Part shown: in pieces, positions 49,046 to 62,809 of the stretch
Numbering within the stretch: the stretch's first letter is position 1
How the letters are laid out: every line of letters starts with the position of its first letter
Source: Callorhinchus milii
Lineage: Eukaryota
Reading direction: 5' to 3'
Assembly (NCBI RefSeq): GCF_018977255.1
Contig: NW_024704742.1
Coordinates: 76,944,001-77,008,000 of the forward strand
Length of the DNA stretch: 64,000 nt
The notes under the pieces: generated by a model
What the model saw: the letters and a program-made list of their open reading frames with translations, nothing else
Told to the model about the DNA's origin: nothing
The model's database searches: none
Made by a program: the position numbers and the translations under genes

Positions 49046-50844
49046 ACAGCACCAGTGACTCAGATATGGTGAATGGTGTTCATGTACGCTATGTGATTAC
49101 GTTATGCCGTCAGTGAGCGTGCAGTCTGGCTGCATCCTGGGCACAGCAGCATTCAGACACAGAAGTTGAAAACCTGGGATTAGCTTCACAATTTGAAACA
49201 CTCTCGTCATTACAGAGTCGCATTAGAGGCCCAATGTTTCCCTCCAAAATAAACTTTATTCAAAACAATGAAAATTCAATCAAACAGCAAATAAGATTTC
49301 AGACTGTTCCCACTGTCGCTATCCAAACAACATTTACTCTTAGGCTACATGTTGAGTTTTCCAATTCAACTTCATACAGAATAATGCGCATCAGGTTTCC
49401 TGCATTATACATGTGTGTATGTGTGCGTGTGTGTGTAGCATACACTCCCTGGGTAACATGTCAAATACCCTGTTTCAAATGTATGTTAAGAATCCATTAG
49501 TTTGTGATTTGTTTTAAACATGGGGCGGAGGAGGTTGCTGGGTTGTCTGACATTCTTTTGATGATGAGCAACTCGTAAAAGTGTGGCTGTTCCCATGTGG
49601 CTTTCCTGTTTATTCACCAATGTAAGGGTTAATCCCTTCCCTGTTCGTAAGTGTAATTAAGATTGGGTAAATGTGAAGTTCTACTTATAGCTGGCTCCCA
49701 AAGGGATTGTGTTCACATCCACTCGCTCAGGATGGCTCCCAGCTGCCCAGAACTCTCCATAGGGATTTATTTATACCAGTTCATGCTGAACTGTGAAAAT
49801 AATTTTTAGAAGACAGAGACAAGCACTGACCAATTAAAAGAGCAGCTGTATCTTCAGTAAAAGGAGCGCTTAGAAACATAGAAATTCATAGCACTAAAGA
49901 AATTCATGTAGCCCATACTTGAAAGGGTATTATTCAACTGGTCTGCAAAATTGCAATACCATGACTTAAATTGCATCAAACTACATCATTGTATTTAGTT
50001 CATGACACAAATGTATCTTCATGACATAGGAATTTCTATGTTCCAAATCTCTGACTGTCCATCGCCTTGGGACGTCCTCCCAACGTGAAAGGCGCTATAC
50101 AAATATAATTTGTATTGTGTGACATATGTACTTCATGACAGAAATAATGCAGAGCAGATCACAAGTTATAAAACAATTTTATAGGAAGCCTGGGTACCTT
50201 TTAAAACTTGAACTCTAAAAATGATTTACAACAGTCAAATAAATGAGCCAAACTCCCACATTACAGCATCTGACTGATCAAGTGATTCATGTTGCTGCTT
50301 TTGTTGCGAGTTTGGATTGGGTCTGTTTTAATCACAATCTGATCTTTAACTGACTGAAAGTTCCCTCCTTAGTGATCTGGCTCCACATCCATGTTAGAAA
50401 TGAGGGGGCGAAATTAGTGACCTTTTGTCACATTGAACATCTCATGAAACAGTGTTAATTTTTTACTGTTCAATACTGATTGTATTGAAATCACATGCCA
50501 TGATGTACTTTTTTTGAGATCCTCCTCTTTGCACCATTTCTGCAACATCATGGTGCCATCTTGTGAATATCTGTCTGACTTGAGGCAAAATGTGAATGCC
50601 ATAGAATTGGATTCTGATGTGGGAATCAGTTTTGCTTTCTGTTTGTCACTTTACACTTGCCTATGAAGTGGTTATTTGCAAGTTCAGTTGTGACTCCCAC
50701 ATTTTACTATACAGTATAATACAGTCTATATATATATTTACACACATCACTTTTCATGTTGGGAGGACATCACAAGGAGCATTCAACAACAACTTGGATT
50801 TATATAGCGCCCTCCACGCCGGACGGTGTCTCAGAGTGTTTAAT

Positions 50845-51152
50845 TAATAATCCTTGCATTTGATATAGCGCTTTCACATCTTCTAGATGTCTCAAAGCGC
50901 TTCACAGAATATACTGTAAAGTGAATTGACTGTATATTTGTGGGCGAAACGCGGCAGCCAATTGCGCACAGCAGTGTCCCACAAACAGTCGTGGATTGAA
51001 AATGACCAATTTATGATTGTTTTTTTTTTGGAGGGATTATTTATTAGGCGTGGGGAGTAAGGAAACTTGCCCAAGGTTTCACCCTGCATGGAATTGAACC
51101 CAGGTGTCTCGCTTGTAAGGCGAGTGCTCTAACCACTGAGCTACAGGACTCC
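50845..51152 (-). mobile_element. Full-length young SINE, short subfamily
   Basis: Head, Deu core and tail. Confidence 0.92.
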
Positions 51153-52093
51153 AATTCATGGTGTTAGATGGGCAACAGAGCTGGGGGTGGGAGCCGGCTG
51201 TGTGTGTGGAAAGACGACTTGAAGCACGTACAAAGAGGTACATTTTGAAATGTTCCTTAAACGAGGGGAGAGAGCTGTCAGCGTGCACTTACCCTGCTAC
51301 AGTAAGTGTTCAGTAAACTTGTTCCTCTAATGGTGTTTTCAGAACTTGTCCTTTTAAGTATAAATGCTCAGGACTAGCTTTGTTTTACAGAATCAGAAGG
51401 ATGATAAAGCAATGATAATTCTTTGTGAGCGATTGATGTTTAAGTGGGTTAATGATGGTGTGTAGCCCTCTTCAAATTCCTATCGGCTTTGTTGTTCCAC
51501 GGTGGCAGGAGTTTCTCTGATATCCAGTGGAACGGTTCATTATCTGGGACCCACCAGCCTCAGTCTGAATGTACTTGCTTAATTACCTTTAAATCTCCTT
51601 ATTTAACAGAGGCTGGACATTCATGCAGTTCCAGGCACTGTGTGAGTGTCATGTGACTGAAATCCAGTTGAATTGAGCATCTTTGCATGAGTAACAATAA
51701 TAAATATTATTACAATGCTTGCATTTGATATAGCATCAGGAGGAGGATGTTGATGAGTTTACCATATGTATCAGAACCCCCACTCACCATCAAAAAAAAA
51801 AGCAATGGTTGATCACTTTGGTTGCTTGGGTCTCCACTCACCAAAGAAGAGCACCCATATGCAATGTTAAAAAAGTACATTGTTAATGGCTTGAGGATTA
51901 TTTCAGTTCTTAAAGCATTTGGCACATTAGCATGAAGCCACAATTGCACAAACTCAGCTCAGCATGTTTTGCGTGAGGCATGCGCAGGTTTTGTCGGACA
52001 TCAATCTGATTGCCTTGACCAACCCCAGCAGAGGATGGATGGCTGGGAAACTATTGGGGAATTGGACAATTCTTTGTCTCTTGCTAAATTGTG

Positions 52094-52402
52094 GAATTCC
52101 TGTAGCTCAGTGGTTAGAGCACTCGCTTTGCAAGTAAGAGACCTGGGTTCGATTCCCAGCAGGGTGACACCTTCGGCAAGTTTCCTTTCTCCACACGCCT
52201 GATAATAATCCCTCAAGAAAATAAAACAATAATAAATTGGTCACTTCAAACCATGACTATTTGTGGGACACTGCTGTACAGAAATGGCTGACACGTTTTG
52301 CCCGCAAATATACAGTCAATTCACTTTACAGTATGTTCTGTGAAGCGCTTTGAGAGGTCTAGAAGACGTGACAAACCCTATATCAAATGCAAGGATTATT
52401 AT
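52094..52402 (+). mobile_element. Full-length young SINE, short subfamily
   Basis: Head, Deu core and tail. Confidence 0.92.
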
Positions 52403-52949
52403 AAATTTAACAATGATTTGTGAATTGTTCCCCAAATGCAGCCCATTGAATTTGAATAAGTCTGCTGACAACTGACATTAATCCCCAGCTGTTGTCAACA
52501 GGACTGAATGTAACCTGTTGAATGATGTACACTTATTTTAACTAAATCAGCTGTTGAGTCAATCCCATCAGATGGACTATAGCATATTTCAATGGTGTGG
52601 ATGAAACAACCAGAGTTTTTGTATAATAATAGTCCCTGGAGACAATCTGAGCAGAAAATTTGAGTCGAGCTAACACCCTCTATACATGCGGAATGACCAA
52701 TTTCTCAACAGTTGTCGGCACAGCAGCCCAATCGGTGCCCACAATGTTTCTGGCAAATAATTCTCTTAAAGTGGGCGTGTGACCATTGTTGCTTTTACAG
52801 CTACTTTCATAAGGCCTTTCACGTTGAATGTCTGCAAGTGCTTTACAAAGTTGATTTGGTGTGAAGAAAGTCATGGTCAACAAGAGAAATTTCATTAAGG
52901 GAACAAAAATGTCTCCTTCTATGAGATCCTGTAACATGTTTTCAAAGAG

Positions 52950-53285
52950 TTGGAATGACTATGTATTTGTAGGCAAACTTGGCAGTACAATTAATAATAA
53001 CAATAATTGCACACAACAATGTCCTACAAACAGCCATGAAGTGAATGATCCATTTTATTTGGGGATTGTTGGTCAGGATACCCCGGACAGACTTTTATTT
53101 CCGAATAGTGCCATGGGATTCTTTAATGCACACCTGAACAGGTAGACAAGACCTTGGATTAACACCTCATCCAAAGGATGGCTCCTCCGATAATGCAGCA
53201 CATCCCTAACAATAGAATGTCATCATATGAGTTCCAAGTCCCAACATGAGCTTTGAACCACGACCTTCCTACTCTGAGACATATG
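52950..53285 (-). mobile_element. Older DeuSINE
   Basis: Body and Deu core on the - strand. Confidence 0.7.
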
Positions 53286-54559
53286 TGTTGATCAGAATTT
53301 TTAGATTTCCTCACTCCAACTGCCCCACCTTCAGCGATTGAGCCATCAGATACTGTGTCCCTCTCTGTCTTCAAAACCTTGCTTAAAACCTACCTACTTT
53401 GACCTTGAAGGAGAAGGAAGTGTCAGTAGGCACCTCCCTCTGTCCCTCCCACACCCTCCTCATTTGGTGTCTATCACCATATCTATAAAGTGCTTTGAGT
53501 TATTACCCTCAATGAAAGGCATTATATAAGTGCAAGTTGCCTACAAAGGCACAGTTTACACCTTACAGCAACTCCTGTGAAGTTCTTTCAGATGACCCCC
53601 TGATATGAAAGATGCGGTATCAAAGGTAAGGATTATTATTATTTATATGTTGTAAATGAGAGTTGCCATTGAATAGCAACACGCCTTTTAAAAATAAGTT
53701 GATTATCTAGTTATAATGAGCATTAAAGGCACAGTATAGACAAATGTCAATACCTCCAGTCCTGTTGAGACTATGGGAGCATCAGCTGCAATATACATGT
53801 GATCAAGAATAACTGATTTAAATTATCACTACTATATGCCAGAGCTTTTGATTTGAGGAATTTGACGTTGCTTTTTCGGTGGTATTGTCTGCAGATATCA
53901 ACTCATCCAAAAATTACAAGTGTGCTTGTCAGATTGTCTGTGGTTTGTTTCATATGGCTTGTTAGAAGGAGGTGATTTGACGGTCGAATGTTTGGAATGA
54001 GATTTCTCCACAGGTTTGGAGGGTTTCCTGGGAGTAATGTTTGTGCACAGAGCACATCGTAAGATTTTGAGTTATAGATCATTATTCAATGAGACTTAAT
54101 GTGCAGCTATTTCTAACAAGATAACTTTAATAAGGACATCAGAAGTGCAACACACCGACTCACAGGAATTTCACCCTGATGTGATGTGATCTACTTTCAG
54201 AGTGGAGTTCTTGAATAATGTGTTGATTACTAGAAGGTGTCTCGACTCAGATTCTTTATTCGGGAATCACATTAGACATCGCTATTGCGAGTTCCCTGAG
54301 AACAGACCTTGGCACCATTCATAGAATGGCAAGACGTTATCCCAATGTGTAAGGCACTATATAAATACATGTAACTGTAAATTATAATGTGTAATGCCAG
54401 TGGTGTACTATCGTGTGGGATAGATCATTTTATCCTGCAGTTTTCAGAAGTTCTGATCATCTCTTGTGAAGTTTATTGCATTGCCATCAGTACAGAATCC
54501 TAATTGAGGTGTGGTCATTTTGTCTTACCATTGAATGATAGTGACTCGTGCAGAAGTAG

Positions 54560-54945
54560 TTTCCATGAGTCCCACGTCGGGACTTTGAATTCAGATGGTC
54601 TAAGCGGACACTCCAATGTAGTGCTGGAGATGGGTTGCATTGTCAGAGGTGCCACGCTGAGATGTTAAACCAAGGTCCCACCTGCCTGTTCAGGTGGAAG
54701 TTAAAGATTAAAAATTGGGACTATTCGAAAAGAGAAAGGCGTTTCTGCCAGTGTCCTGGACAACAATCCTCCAAGTACAATTGGCCATTCATTTCATGGC
54801 TCTTTGTGGTACATTGTTTATTGGCTTCCACACTTGCCCACAAAATACACTCAGTCATTACACTTTACAATTTATCCTGTGAAGCGTTTTGAGATGTCTC
54901 GATGATGTGATAAAATGCTATATCAAATAAAAGGATTATTATGAT
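54560..54945 (+). mobile_element. Older DeuSINE
   Basis: gttaaaccaaggtcccacctgcctgttcaggtgga body, Deu core and tail. Confidence 0.75.
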
Positions 54946-55659
54946 AAACTTTAATGAAGGAATCTAATGCGTGGTAGCCATAAACTGGATTAGTTATGTC
55001 TCATTGCAAGTTTTGGTTTGAAACTTCCCATTTGATAATTCATGGAGAACAATGAAAATCCCAATATAGATGCAAATTGCCAAAATTATCCAGCATCAGG
55101 AGCAGTTTTGCATCCTGAATATCAGTTGGTATTTATCTATGAGAAGAAAGGGTTGTTTTAAACTAAAGCGACAATTATGTCTTCACTCTGCATCCAGTGT
55201 GGGAATTCTGGCTGTTTTTCTCTCTCTCTATCTTCAGCCTAATGATACTGATACTAATTGCACCTCTCAGTTGGGATTAGCTAACTCGGCAGAGACTGGG
55301 GGAATCAACCAGGGACCTTCTTGATCTGTGTCACGTTTATCCACTGAGCAATGAGACAAGCGTCAAGCTGTGTTACAGTTGACAAACCAACTTAAGGGAT
55401 TCTTCATAGATGGGTCTTTTGTACATTGAAGTCTGTTTCCCCAGTTACTCTGGGGATATTGCACTTCGATTGAATCATATTGGTAGGAACTGAATCATAT
55501 ACATCAGCACTTCTGCCTTGACCTGCTTTATGCACCAATCTGTACCCAAACAGGCCTGTAGGTGTTCTCAGACCAAGGAAAGTGTATCGGAATTCATATG
55601 ACTGCTGACACACAGACACTTGTAAACTAAATTGCTGACCCAGAAAGTTTGGCACTGTC

Positions 55660-56045
55660 AAGCTCCTCTGTGGGTATTGCCACTGCCCAGCATGCTGCTG
55701 AGCCAGAGATTAGCAAGGTCACAGGTTTGTTCTCTGGCCTCGGCTGAGTTAGCTGATCTCAGCTGGGGCAGCAGTAGGAGCATTAACCAGTTAAAGTCCC
55801 TTTCTCTGATCGCTATCAAGTGACCCTTGTTGAAAAACCTGCATGTGTAGATGTTGGGTGAGGATAGGATCAAACTTGATGCTTCCTCTCTGCCCTCGTC
55901 CCCTTTCCCTGAAACCACCACCACATTAGTGAATAGACTAATGACAAAGAGGGTGTTCTGAAGAGCGTCCAGTTGAGTGAGGTACTGGAGGCAGCCTGAA
56001 GCAGTAACTCAACATGAGTTAATGTCTTCGTGGGGAGAGGAAAAA
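55660..56045 (+). mobile_element. LF-SINE-like element, the most complete copy in the window
   Basis: ctgagttagctgatctcagctggggcagcagtagg...gatcgctatcaagtgaccc...gaggataggatc...gaggtactggagg. Family assignment is from recall. Confidence 0.75.
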
Positions 56046-57199
56046 AGAAGGGCTGGTATGGAAGGAAGAAGTGCTTCTGGCTCTTGTCTTGTGTGGTGGC
56101 TTACTTTTACCTACTGTTAGGCTGACTGCGATGGAGCTTTTAGTTCAGCCAGCAAAGCACTGATTTGGAGCTTTAGGGTTTAAACTTGACAACCAGACAA
56201 TTTAACCAGTGGCGGCTCAAAAATCCAGCTGGTGCAGATTGGTTATAAAGTTCTTTTGCATTTTACAAGTGGATCCTTCCAGGCTCATTTTTCATGTTTC
56301 TGCTGCCTGAAGGGTGCAAAGGTTAACTGCTTGCTGTCGATACTGTGCTGTCTGACTGTCCTTCAGAGCAAGTGAGAAACAAATTTATATAATATCCTCC
56401 TGCAAGGAAGAATCTCTCTCTTACTGCAGTATTTCATCTGCCTTGTGATATTTTATAGAGGAGTCAGGTAGGTTTATGAGAATGGTCTGTAGGGGATAAT
56501 GTCTGAAACTCTTGGCATCAGTTGAGTGCTGTGAAATGCTTGTTTTTTTGATGTTGCAGTGAAGGAAGGATGGAATGTGTTGTTATTCTCCCATCCCACC
56601 ACCTAAGTTCTTTCATTCTTCTGATCAATAGTTCGTTCAGTAGTATCATGTTGCATGAAAATATAGATTGTGGAATCAAATAAATATGCAATGTTTTATA
56701 ATGTGTTTGATGTGACAATTATTATGTCAAATTCATTATGGAATGCTGCAAATTTCATTTCCTTATTTAGGTGTCATCTTGGCTCAGTTGGTAGCACTCT
56801 CGCCTCTGTGTCAGAAGGCTGTGAGTTCAAACCCCTAATCAAGATTTGGAGCTCACAGTATAGGTATATACTGACATCCAATAGAGTGCTGGGTAGAACT
56901 ACATTGTTGGAGATTCCGATAAGACAATAATAATAATAATCCTTGCATTTGATATAGCGCCTCATCGAGACGTCTCAAAGCGCTTTGCAGAATATATTGC
57001 AAAGTGAATTCACTGCACATTTTGTGGCCAAAACGCTGCAGCCAATTGTGAACCACAAACAGTCGTGGATTGAGGATTCGCATTTGTGCTCACACATTGC
57101 AAACAAGCAAAGAAAAAAATTGATCCATATTTTTATCAATAAAACGATGCCAGCTAAATACCAACTATTTCAGCAGTGTACCACTCTCGTGTGAACAAT

Positions 57200-57542
57200 G
57201 GGACTAGTTGGTGGTAAGGCATTGGAGGCTGCCATTATTCACTCTTTATCCCTATTTTTTGCTCCACGGTGTCTGGCCTCCTCCTTGTCCCCCGAATCCT
57301 CCGCTCTACCATCGGCGGCCATACCTTCAGCCACTATGCCCCGAGGCTCTGGAACTCCCTTCCTCACTCCCTTCACCTCGCCCCCTCTCTTCCTATTTTC
57401 AGGTCTCGACTAAAGACCTTTCTTTTCAACTGTGCCTTTGGTCACCTTCCTCCCCCTCCCCCTGGCTCGGCCCCGGGATCAGTTACTGTGAAGTGCTCTG
57501 AGATGGTGGAGGGCGCTATATAAATCCAAGTTGTTGTTGGTG
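57200..57542 (+). mobile_element. L2 LINE 3' end
   Basis: FSHYAPRLWNSLP...LKTFLF; (GTT)n tail. Confidence 0.88.
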
Positions 57543-58491
57543 TCATTGCATGATCACTGTACCACCAGCTATCAAGTTCAATCAGTTCTCCTTGGATGCA
57601 ATTCAAATCTTCATCATTTAGACACCTATTTGTTTTATTGGGGAGGAGGGGAAAAGAATAAAGGGAGACAGTCAACCTTATTATCGTCTTTTGAGTGTTA
57701 AAAATCCTGGCTACCATTCCATCATGAATTTGCATTTCTCTTTTGTTTGTTGATTCTCAAGCTTTGGTCTTTCTTTGATTGCTTTTCTCCTCATGATATC
57801 TCATCCCATCCCCTCTGCCATCTCATCTAATGAGTTGCCTCATTCCTCGTTTTAATCTATTTTTTATTCCTGTTAATCTTGTAATTTCTATTGATGGCTT
57901 CTCGAGGTAGAAGGAAGTGCCATTGTCTGGATTGTTTAGACTTCACCGGTCACATAGAAAGCAATGGAAAAGGGCTCAAAGCAGAACAGCCTTTCAAAAA
58001 CAAAACCGAACAAAACACCAATATTGTTTTGGTACTGCAGAAGATGTTTCACTTGGCGTTTTGTGAGGAATTTTGCCCCAGCTGAGGCTATTGAATTACA
58101 AAATGGTGATTACCGTAAAATGGTGTCAGATGCACCAACAAGCTGTTGGAGAAGATAAGTCTGCGATTGACAGGTGCACCAGGCGCTGACCGAGACAGAA
58201 ATGTTCAGGGATGGGATTCCTGGAAGCAGATTATAAGATCTATTTCCATCGGTTATTTTGTGTGTGGTATTTCAGGCGACTTGTACAACAAGAGCTTGTA
58301 GTGTTTGCCACCCAGGGCTGACCAAGCAGTATAATTACAATTTAAGGAGCTCAGTTCATTTTAGGATTTAAAAGTGGGAGACCAACTCAAGCAGGTAGTC
58401 TCACACCATGTCAGCTTGGCTCTAGCTGTAATTAAACTACAGCCAACTTTGTAAGAGTCAATTTTTAAAAGGAATTCCTCTCGAATACTCT

Positions 58492-58959
58492 GTCACTGGG
58501 GGCAGGGAATCCTCCCACTCAGCTTCTGTTAACCCTGTCAGCCAAAGCCCTAATGGGTAGGGTGGTCCTAACTGGACAAACAGCAGGAAAGCTTGCCAGA
58601 CAGTGCTATCAATGACAAGCTGTGTGGTTTTAGCTGGTTAAACTCCAGCAGTTACCCCAACACACACTCTAGGCTCCCTAAGCCTTGGTTCTTGCCAAAC
58701 CTGTGCCTAATCTTTTTATTATATTTAACTTCGGCCATTGAACTGCAACCACTCATTTGACCATGCCGGGAGGGCGGTGGAAGGCAGCAGGAATTTTATG
58801 GATAGGGATTTGAAGCAGGAATACTCCCTGAATCCATACTCACCAGTTACCCTGATCGAGGAGCAAAACTAGACTGAGAATTCCACATTTGCATGAAATT
58901 TCCTTTTACCTGGAATGGAGTGGGCATGAGAATCTCTCCCAGGAGTGATGCACCCTGCT
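58492..58959. repeat. Family A repeat, copy 4 (58492-58715 +; 58870-58959 -)
   Basis: Both parts match 22433-22760, the second part in inverted orientation. Confidence 0.65.
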
Positions 58960-60807
58960 CACCAAATTTCAGCAAGTACAGTATTAGGCGTAGGTTGGCA
59001 CCTACTTGACACAAGGAATGGGTTCTGAAACATTGCACACTATACTCATTGTATGGGTATCACAATCTTCAGGAGAGGAAGAGTGAAATTGGGAGTGGGG
59101 TTTGGGGAGAGACAGAAATAAATAAAACAAGTTGGAGGTGGGTGAACAGAAATCATTCAGGTTTATGCACTTAGCTTGAAATCCAACCTAGTCTTTGCTC
59201 ATAATTGCTGTGTTCAATTGGTTGCCGTTTTCACCCACAAAATATACAGTCAATTCATTTTACAGTACATTCTGTGAAGCGCTTTGAGACATCTTGAAGA
59301 TGTGATAAGGCGCTATATCAAATGCAAGGATTATTATTGTTAAGACAACTTTACCATCAAATTTACGATCACATCTAAGGGTGGAAAATTCTTCAATTTA
59401 GCCTCAATTTGGAAGCTGGTTCTTTGAAAGAACTGCAGAAACTCGACTTCCAAATCAAAACTGAATGTAAGAGTTTTTAATAATTCTGTGGAAACCTTGC
59501 ATTTTAAAACAACACAGTCTTCATGGGCTCTGACTAGGTGGAATTTCGAGCCCTAGTTTATGACGGGTGGTGGGTAATATAACACCTCATTTTATCATGA
59601 CCAGACATGTTGTAATAAAGGATGCAATTAACGGTTAAAATATAGTTCAGTGATGCTACAAATGGGAAAATAAGCCAAAGCAATTAAACACGATTTTGAG
59701 CGAGTAGGAAAGAGTGAGATAGGGGAACCCGAAAGGGACCTCTTGCATTCCTTACTCACTTGCTTCTATTGCGCAATGTACTGATCTTTCCTCCTACTCC
59801 TCCTTAGGATGAAAGAAGGAGGCAATGGAACATTAAAAGTTTTGAGTGATGAAACTCAGTACATTATAATTAGACACATAGGTCTCCAGCATATCTGTCA
59901 TCACTTGCGCTGGTCCCTCTCTGATAGTCCCCCGTATAATTACCTGCTGTGTAATTACACTTGTTACTTCATCCTCCGATCTGAGAGCAGAACACAATGA
60001 TCTTTGCATCAAAATTCCCGGAATACTCTCTTCGAAATGCTGGGTGATTGCTGGCCTTAGGGTTTGCCAGGCTTCAGAAGGTTCCTTCAAGGGACCTGCC
60101 CTCCAATATAGTGTTGCGGCATTGTTGCAGTTATATTAAGCTCACTAACAAGATACACAGTCACTTTCTGTAAATCCTATGAAGTGCATTGAAATGTCCT
60201 TCTGATGGGTCCTTCTGATTGTGTGAAATGCAAGGATTGATTTTTTTATTACATTATCACTAATGCCCGGACAATAATGTTTTTTTACAAAAAGGATCAT
60301 TTCAAATTGAAGCAGGATCATAATGAGATTTCATAATGACTTGTTTATGCTTTGAGTTCTACTCCTGAATGCTAACAGTATAGAAACTGACTTTTAAAAA
60401 GCAAAGGGTCCGAAGACTCAAACTTTCATCCAGCTCTTAGCCTCTTAGACCATTTGTCCTGAAATGTAATGTTGAGTAGTGTAATTTTTAAAATTCATTC
60501 ATGATTTCAGAACTGTTTTTTCTGAACAACTGTGGATAAAACCTAACCTTACAGGCTAAGACTTGGTTGAATTTCAAATATCTGTTTAACCTCTGCTCTC
60601 CCATGTGACAGTAAAAAAAACAGTCACCATCAATTACAGTGAAGCACAACATGAAGCGTCAAATGCGAGAGTTGGTTTCCACACTCATAGCTACAGGTGT
60701 TAACAGCTCTGATTTGCGCCTGCATGCCGTGTGTTGAGTTTCCTGCTGGGCTCTTCTTACTTGTTTTCTTGGGCATCCCGGTGATTGACAGGCCGATTGA
60801 ACACCCC

Positions 60808-60885
60808 TTTTATTTGGTTAGTCTGGTGTCCTGACACATGCAGAAACCCATCACCATGCTTAAGAGTATCCAAACCAAGCTGCAA
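60808..60885 (-). repeat. Family B repeat copy
   Basis: On the + strand: agaaacccatcaccatgcttaagagtatccaaacc. Confidence 0.7.
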
Positions 60886-62022
60886 TTTGCAAATGTAGAC
60901 TCAAATGTGTAGGTTGAATTCTTTTTAGGTACAGTAAATGCCTAATAGCTCATCACACCAATGGAAAAGGGCTCAGTGATGAGTTATCAGAAGTGGCGAG
61001 TTAGGTATATATATATATAAATAAATGCAGCTGGGATATTGACAGCATGATGACTTAAATGGAGGTGACAAGTTAAGCCAGGGTCAAGTTATGAGGAGTT
61101 TATTATATTTATCTAAAGTTTGACTTGGAGATTGAAGCATTCAACAGATGCTCAGCAGGTAAGCAACTTTACAAAGCGAAACCCTTGAGGAAAGCTGCGA
61201 ACAGGCAGACGAGTATACAACTTAGCTTCATAGAAATTACCATTGAGGATGTCTGGTGGTGGGGGTGGGTGGGGTGACTGCCGCAATATTATTCAGGCAC
61301 ATTTTGAATTGATGCATTACAATTTGAACGGCACACAGGTATGACAGATGCTACTGTCTGGACTCGTGTGATGTTATGTCTGGAAAACGCCCATAGTTGG
61401 TTTGCCTCAGTATGTCTCCAACCTTTAAGAGAGGAGAAGGGGAAATGGAAGTAAGGAAACTTTGCACTAATAGCTGGGTCTGGGTAAAATAAAAGCCAGC
61501 ATCTTCGAAATGGGTCTTTTTATATAATTTTATGTGGGTACTCAACTATGCATGTAATAAGGATCAGCTGCACATCTTCAAATAGCTCAGCCAGTTCTCT
61601 GATTGGCGAATTAAATTTATTACTGTTAGCAACCAGAGGAAGAGAAATGACCTTCAATATTAAAAAGATTTTGACTTGTAAAGAGTCGCATATTTACACG
61701 GATGAGGCCAGATTTGCTCTGGTAAAGGGTTGTGACATATTTATTTTTAGAGATTCCTCCAGTGTTTGCTTTAGATGAGTTCAGTGGGCGTTTAAAGAGC
61801 TTATTGTTCTACATTCAGGAAGTTTCGCTCAATGGAAATAAACCGGCAGCAAGTCTGGCACAATCATATTCTTATTCTCAAAATATTGCAGTATCTTCAG
61901 AGAGGAAGAGTAGTAATTAATTTTAGATGCACAAAGGCAGCAGAACAAAGTTCAAGTTACAAAGGACAATTTTAGGATAAACACCGGGAAGTATTTCTTT
62001 ACCATGAGGTGTTATTATAAAT

Positions 62023-62397
62023 GTAATAATAATAATCCTTGCATTTGATATACCACCTTATCACATCTTCGAAACGTCTCAAAGCGCTTCACAGAATATG
62101 CTACAAAAAGTGAATTGACTGTATATTTTGTGGATGAAATGCGGCTGCCAATTGTGTACAGCAGTGTCCCACAAACAGTTGTAGATTGAGCAACCAATTT
62201 ATTATTATTTATTTTGAAGGGATCATTACCCCCAGAGAAGCGATCCGCCAATCGACTAACAACCGGGTTCCTACTTACTGCTAGTAAACAGAGGCGTGTG
62301 GAGTAAGGAACTTGCCCAATGTTTCTCCCCACCAGGAATTGAACCCTGGTCTCTCGCTTGCGAGGCGAGTACTCTAACCACTTAGCTATAGGACACC
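62023..62397 (-). mobile_element. Full-length young SINE, long subfamily
   Basis: Head, long insert, Deu core and tail. Confidence 0.92.
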
Positions 62398-62809
62398 ACG
62401 ATACATTGACCTGTCAGCCTAGAGCTTATGAGTTTAAATTCCTAACATGGTTGTTGAACCCACATTCTTCCAACCCAGATATTATGGTGCTTCCTATAGG
62501 CTGACAGCTCATCTTGTATTGACAGAGCAATTTACAATGCACAATGTAAATTTCCAACGTAAATTGTATTGTATAACAAAGAGGGTAACTAAGGACTGGA
62601 ATCGGTTCCTAGGAAGGGTGGTTGAGGCCAGGATGCTGGATTTGTTTAAAATAAGCCTGAAGCTGTGATGGGAGGACGGTGGGGTGGATATTCAGGAAGA
62701 ATTAAATCAAATGCGCCTTCTTTCTTAGAATCTCTCCTGTGGCATTCTGTGATCATTTGAGGTCATTCAGCCAGCTGAAGCTACTCTATCAATACACGAT
62801 GAGCTATCA

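Noticed and set aside
52680..52937. RasGEF REM-like peptide (FLLLTMTFFTPNQLCKAL)
   Set aside because: It overlaps a decayed L2/SINE tail (aggcctttcacgttg...gctttaca) and adjoins a SINE. The similarity is probably chance.
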